A DNA stretch of 64,000 nt, taken from the sequence record NC_049850.1; one strand, 5' to 3'. A program made the position numbers and the translations under genes. Positions 60,573 through 64,000 of this stretch are shown here, piece by piece (positions within the stretch are counted from its first letter, which is position 1; every line of letters begins with the position of its first letter). The notes below the pieces were generated by a model. The model was given only the letters and a program-made list of their open reading frames with translations. It did no database searches and had not been told where the DNA came from.

Positions 60573-61165
60573 GCAGCCTCCTTGAGTTTGGGTAGCCAGT
60601 AACCGATGCCCGGCAGATGATCGAGAATAATAGCACTCTTGTCCCGGGGACGCAACGTCCCGATCATCAGGCGATGGCGCACGACCATGAGCAAACGACC
60701 CAAGTGATTGGCACCTACGCCACCGCAGCGGCCCCAATGCTCGTCACCGTGACGATTCGTTTCCTCAAGGTGCGCGGGCCACGTGTCGACAAGGCGCTGG
60801 GCCAGACGCGGGTCCACGAACTTGGCGCAGAGCACCGTGTACATCACCTGATAGCGTCGCTTCTCGTTCCAGTCAGCGGGCAGGCGTGCGGTGTACCCCA
60901 CGCGCTTCGCGTTACCCGGAGTCCGCGCTTCCTTGATCTTTTTCTTGTAGGTAGGCCGCGAATCCTTGTGCCACATGTACCAGTGCTCGGAACTGGGTAG
61001 CAGCATACCGAACAACGAGACGGGCACGCCATCGTAGAAGTTCGACAGGAATTCGTACTCGTCGTAGAACCCGTGGACGGGTGGAAAGTCTGGATCGTAC
61101 GAATACGGAAGCGGGGTAGTCACGTCAATTCCACGTGCCACCCCAGAATAGCCTTTGATCTTCAT
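60569..61165 (-). CDS. NADAR family hydrolase
   Basis: FLSNFY, SSEHWY, AKRVG, W...RYQVM...AKF, LEETN..DEHWG, NHLGRLLMVVR. Confidence 0.9.
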   Translation of the reverse strand: MKIKGYSGVARGIDVTTPLPYSYDPDFPPVHGFYDEYEFLSNFYDGVPVSLFGMLLPSSEHWYMWHKDSRPTYKKKIKEARTPGNAKRVGYTARLPADWNEKRRYQVMYTVLCAKFVDPRLAQRLVDTWPAHLEETNRHGDEHWGRCGGVGANHLGRLLMVVRHRLMIGTLRPRDKSAIILDHLPGIGYWLPKLKEAA

Positions 61166-61470
61166 CGGCCCGTCGTGTAGTGCATGAGCCAGACGCTTGC
61201 CTTCGAATCCGCGAACACACGACGGATACGGTCCTCGGTAGCCGGGTCCAGTTCGACGATGTACAGCGCGCTTTCGTCTTTCAGGTAGCCTGTTGCGTAC
61301 ACAGTAGTCCACGACATGCAGGTGTGCGGAATCAACATTTCGGCCGCCCACTCTTCGGCCAGCGGGTGGCGCGTGATCACCACGACCTGTTTGCCAGCAC
61401 GTGCCACACACTCGGCCACAAACTTGCGCAGGTGGGTGCCAGTCGGGCCCGCGATTTCACGTTCAATCAT
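61162..61470 (-). CDS. hypothetical protein, possibly truncated P-loop-like
   Basis: EIAGPTGTHL; ATGA overlap. Confidence 0.65.
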   Translation of the reverse strand: MIEREIAGPTGTHLRKFVAECVARAGKQVVVITRHPLAEEWAAEMLIPHTCMSWTTVYATGYLKDESALYIVELDPATEDRIRRVFADSKASVWLMHYTTGR

Positions 61471-61612
61471 CTTCTTCGTCTTCTCCCATCAATTCGATTT
61501 CGTCTTCCCGCTCTTGGTTGCACGAGACGCACAGGATGTAGCCTACGGGGCCATCCGCGCTGCCGATCCGGGTTTCGCATTCCGCGCAGTAGATGTTCGA
61601 GAGGTAGATCAT
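61463..61612 (-). CDS. small zinc-finger protein with acidic tail (49 aa, not in ORF track)
   Basis: MIYLSNIYCAECETRIGSADGPVGYILCVSCNQEREDEIELMGEDEEDD. Confidence 0.65.
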   Translation of the reverse strand: MIYLSNIYCAECETRIGSADGPVGYILCVSCNQEREDEIELMGEDEEDD

Positions 61613-61875
61613 TAGCCTCGTCCCCGCGCACGTTGTTGTCGGATTGCACGTGCCTCTTTCTTGTTGGGCACATGCTCTCGGGTCGCCAACTCGGCCTTCA
61701 ACTGGGCCAGCGTGATGTAGCGCAGGCCGCCGTCAAACGGGTCGTAATACAGTTCCTCGTCCGGAATGTCGTAGCGGTTGTGGCCGGTACAGCGATAGAC
61801 GCCGACGCGCATCTTCATCAGAACACGCGTATGCTGCGTCTTCAGCCAAGCCACCGGGTCCCAGTTAGGCCACAT
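61612..61875 (-). CDS. conserved phage hypothetical protein
   Basis: GGGAGG SD; C-terminal REHVPNKKEARAIRQQRA. Confidence 0.75.
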   Translation of the reverse strand: MWPNWDPVAWLKTQHTRVLMKMRVGVYRCTGHNRYDIPDEELYYDPFDGGLRYITLAQLKAELATREHVPNKKEARAIRQQRARGRG

Positions 61876-62287
61876 GGTGATCCTCCCATTCGATGTAGCC
61901 GCGCTGGATCATGGTATGCACCCACCCCAGACGGCATTGGTTGGAGTGCCGGTCGAGGCGTCGGCACAATTCTCGGTGCGCCTCGCGGTCAACGATGCAC
62001 CCGTTCTCGTTACGCCCTGCCGTGGGCTTTCCGAACTGGTGATAGACCCACGAGCACATGGTATGGCCTCTACCATGAGCGTCGACGAGAGAGCCCTCGA
62101 TCATGTCCACCAACTCGATAGCCGCCTGATTCCGATACTCGCAGTCGGAGCGGCGCGCGATGTCCTCGACCGTGAGGCACAGATATTCGTCGCCATGATC
62201 AACGACACCGGATTCCTCCAGTTTGTGAGCCACGAGTTCCAGAATCTGCATCTGGTCTTCGTTCAAGTAGCGTCGCTGCATCACCAT
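61865..62287 (-). CDS. family F1 member
   Basis: YLCLTV, TMCSWV, CRLGWVHTMIQRGYI. Confidence 0.82.
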   Translation of the reverse strand: MVMQRRYLNEDQMQILELVAHKLEESGVVDHGDEYLCLTVEDIARRSDCEYRNQAAIELVDMIEGSLVDAHGRGHTMCSWVYHQFGKPTAGRNENGCIVDREAHRELCRRLDRHSNQCRLGWVHTMIQRGYIEWEDHHVA

Positions 62288-62303
62288 CCTGACCTCCTAA
62301 TGT

Positions 62304-62347
62304 TTAATCGATGGGCGCATGTTACTGGCCCACACAGCGTCCGTCAA
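62304..62347 (-). promoter_or_regulatory. sigma70-like promoter with ATCGATTAA at the predicted +1
   Basis: TTGACG-N17-TAACAT-N6-ATCGATTAA. Confidence 0.82.
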
Positions 62348-62817
62348 GCAGTTTTGTACGTGATCGGGAACTGGTGGCTCGGGGCCCACATCTTGCTCGC
62401 GTCTTCGGCCCAGAACTGGGAGTAGAGCATGAACGCGGCATCTAGCACCGCATCCACCGTCTCACCCATCACCAGATACCGGTCGGTGCTCAACACCATA
62501 GCCTCGTGATGGTCGTAATTGCGTCGCACACGCATACGCGCACAGAACGTGCGCCCCACATTGTGGATCGTGAGCGTCACCCCATGCCCGTGCCAGTTGG
62601 GTGCGTGGTAGGTGAGGACCGCACACGGTTCGGAACGCGCCTTACCCGTGTCCAGCACATTCACGGTCACAGACGCCGGGTTCCACATCACGGTCTTCGC
62701 GTATTTTTCGTGAAGCTGGTTACGTGCATCCTCAGCCGAGGCCGGGAGGCGCAGGTGCTGGGAACGTGCCCAGAAATACCCGGCCGCCGCATCGAACCAA
62801 CCATCACGAGCGGCCAC
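62344..62817 (-). CDS. hypothetical protein
   Basis: GGAGG SD, GTG start. Confidence 0.7.
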   Translation of the reverse strand: MAARDGWFDAAAGYFWARSQHLRLPASAEDARNQLHEKYAKTVMWNPASVTVNVLDTGKARSEPCAVLTYHAPNWHGHGVTLTIHNVGRTFCARMRVRRNYDHHEAMVLSTDRYLVMGETVDAVLDAAFMLYSQFWAEDASKMWAPSHQFPITYKTA

Positions 62818-63016
62818 GGCTCACCTCCATGCTCCGGTCGCGGGTTGCAGCATCCGCGTACGAAAACACGTGATCGGGTGGTGATACGTACGCGCCTTCA
62901 CTGATACCGGTCTTCGGATCGTAGAACACAGCGATACCCAGCGGATGCAGCACCTTTTCGTTGATCTCGCGCACGAGCCCGGCAGCGGCCAACGCCCTCC
63001 AATCGATACTTTCCAT
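62804..63016 (-). CDS. conserved phage hypothetical protein
   Basis: AAGGAGG SD; IDWRALAAAGLVREINEKVLHPLG. Confidence 0.75.
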   Translation of the reverse strand: MESIDWRALAAAGLVREINEKVLHPLGIAVFYDPKTGISEGAYVSPPDHVFSYADAATRDRSMEVSRGRS

Positions 63017-63026
63017 GATTCCTCCT

Positions 63027-63539
63027 TTACCCGTGATTACATTCTTCGGGGATATCGTCCCCGTCCTCTACGTCAGTCATGAACGTCTCGACAGGTGCGT
63101 AGCCCTCCGGCTCGTCACACAGGAACAATTCGTCCTCGACTATGAGAATCGAGCCACCGACCGCCATCGAGACCTCGACTACGGGTTCCTGCGTACCTTC
63201 TACCGTGTGGTACTTGACAACACGGCCGAAGAACGTACGGGGCTCACATCGAACGGCAACCGGATCGCCCGTCGCAAACACGCAACCCGAAGCGGGCTCA
63301 GGGCGTGGGCCTACCGCAAATCGAGCGTGCGTCACGATCATACACGGGGCATTGGGCCCGACGCGCAGACTCGGAAAGTAGCCAGCGTCCTGCGGGAACA
63401 CGAGAAGCACGTTGTGGCTCTCAGCACCAAACGGATTCACCTTCATCCATACGGCACCGTGCAACGTGAACAATTGACCCACGTCCACGGTCGAGAACTT
63501 CACGCGCTTTCCGCTGTTGTAGCAGATACTGCCCTTCAT
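63027..63539 (-). CDS. hypothetical protein with SH3/KOW-like C-terminal half
   Basis: GGGAGG SD; FATGDPVAV...FFGRVVKY. Confidence 0.7.
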   Translation of the reverse strand: MKGSICYNSGKRVKFSTVDVGQLFTLHGAVWMKVNPFGAESHNVLLVFPQDAGYFPSLRVGPNAPCMIVTHARFAVGPRPEPASGCVFATGDPVAVRCEPRTFFGRVVKYHTVEGTQEPVVEVSMAVGGSILIVEDELFLCDEPEGYAPVETFMTDVEDGDDIPEECNHG

Positions 63540-64000
63540 ACGGCCTCCCGCTCCCAATCGCCCGCTGCGTCGACCACATCGATCTCGATGTGGCCGCGAA
63601 CCAGCATCGTTTCCACCCAACCAAGACGCGCCTGATTCGAATGCTTCATCCACAGGTCGTGGGCCCGCACCCGCTCTTCGCGAGTCCCGAACGACACTAC
63701 GTCGGGGCTGAGCGGTCGCGGAATGTAGTTGGCGTACGCCATCTGCGGATTCAGCCAGTTCGAGAACGTCGTGTTGTGGCCGTAGGACACGAGACTGCGC
63801 TCGATTGCTTCGATCAGCCGGTATCCCGCATCCTCGTATGCGTTACCGAGCGCACGCAACGCGTCCTGAATCAGGTTGCATAGGTACTCGGAATACACCT
63901 CGTTTTCACCTGTCTCGATCAGGATGCCGCGCACCCACAACAGGATTTTGATCTGCTTTCCGTCAAGCACCACGCGTTCGGACGCGGGCGCGGTTTTTCT
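63536..64000 (-). CDS. family F1 member (probably 5'-truncated by the window edge)
   Basis: YLCNLI, TFSNWL, ARLGWVETMLVRGHI; frame open to the window end. Confidence 0.8.
   Translation of the reverse strand, partial: RKTAPASERVVLDGKQIKILLWVRGILIETGENEVYSEYLCNLIQDALRALGNAYEDAGYRLIEAIERSLVSYGHNTTFSNWLNPQMAYANYIPRPLSPDVVSFGTREERVRAHDLWMKHSNQARLGWVETMLVRGHIEIDVVDAAGDWEREAV

Noticed and set aside
1-64000. Prophage or mobile-element hallmarks (integrase, transposase, att sites, host genes)
   Set aside because: None seen; gene content is uniformly that of a large lytic phage.

Overview
The window looks like a 64-kb piece of a large (jumbo-type) lytic dsDNA phage genome, GC-rich and probably infecting a proteobacterium. 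This is inferred from gene content and density; the taxon cannot be named without a search. (1) 1-11.4 kb, + strand: a replication/recombination block with a beta-clamp-like sliding clamp, a probable UvsY-like protein, a UvsW-like SF2 helicase, a degenerate DnaC-like protein and a DnaB-like helicase. (2) 12.0-13.6 kb: one isolated minus-strand gene of atypical composition. (3) 13.6-34.75 kb, + strand: many short early-type genes driven by sigma70-like promoters, including Thg1, a T4 Rnl1-like RNA ligase, an RlaP/Pol-beta nucleotidyltransferase, an S4-like protein and RMF-like and ACP-like small proteins. (4) After a bidirectional terminator at 34.75 kb all genes are on the minus strand: an SF2 helicase next to a highly structured, origin-like non-coding region, a tandem array of 13 divergent paralogs (39.4-44.3 kb), two Imm proteins, a protein with five ACP-like domains, a KOW/SH3-like repeat protein, an HD hydrolase and a NADAR protein. 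No tRNA, rRNA, CRISPR array, integrase or transposase was seen. Best candidates for undescribed biology: the ACP-mimic family (8 domains in 4 genes, only one keeping the phosphopantetheine Ser), the 17-member paralog family whose conserved C-terminus also supplies the next gene's ribosome-binding site, the repeat-bounded helicase/origin module, and early promoters folded into inverted repeats. All family assignments come from motif reading by eye; no database search was run.
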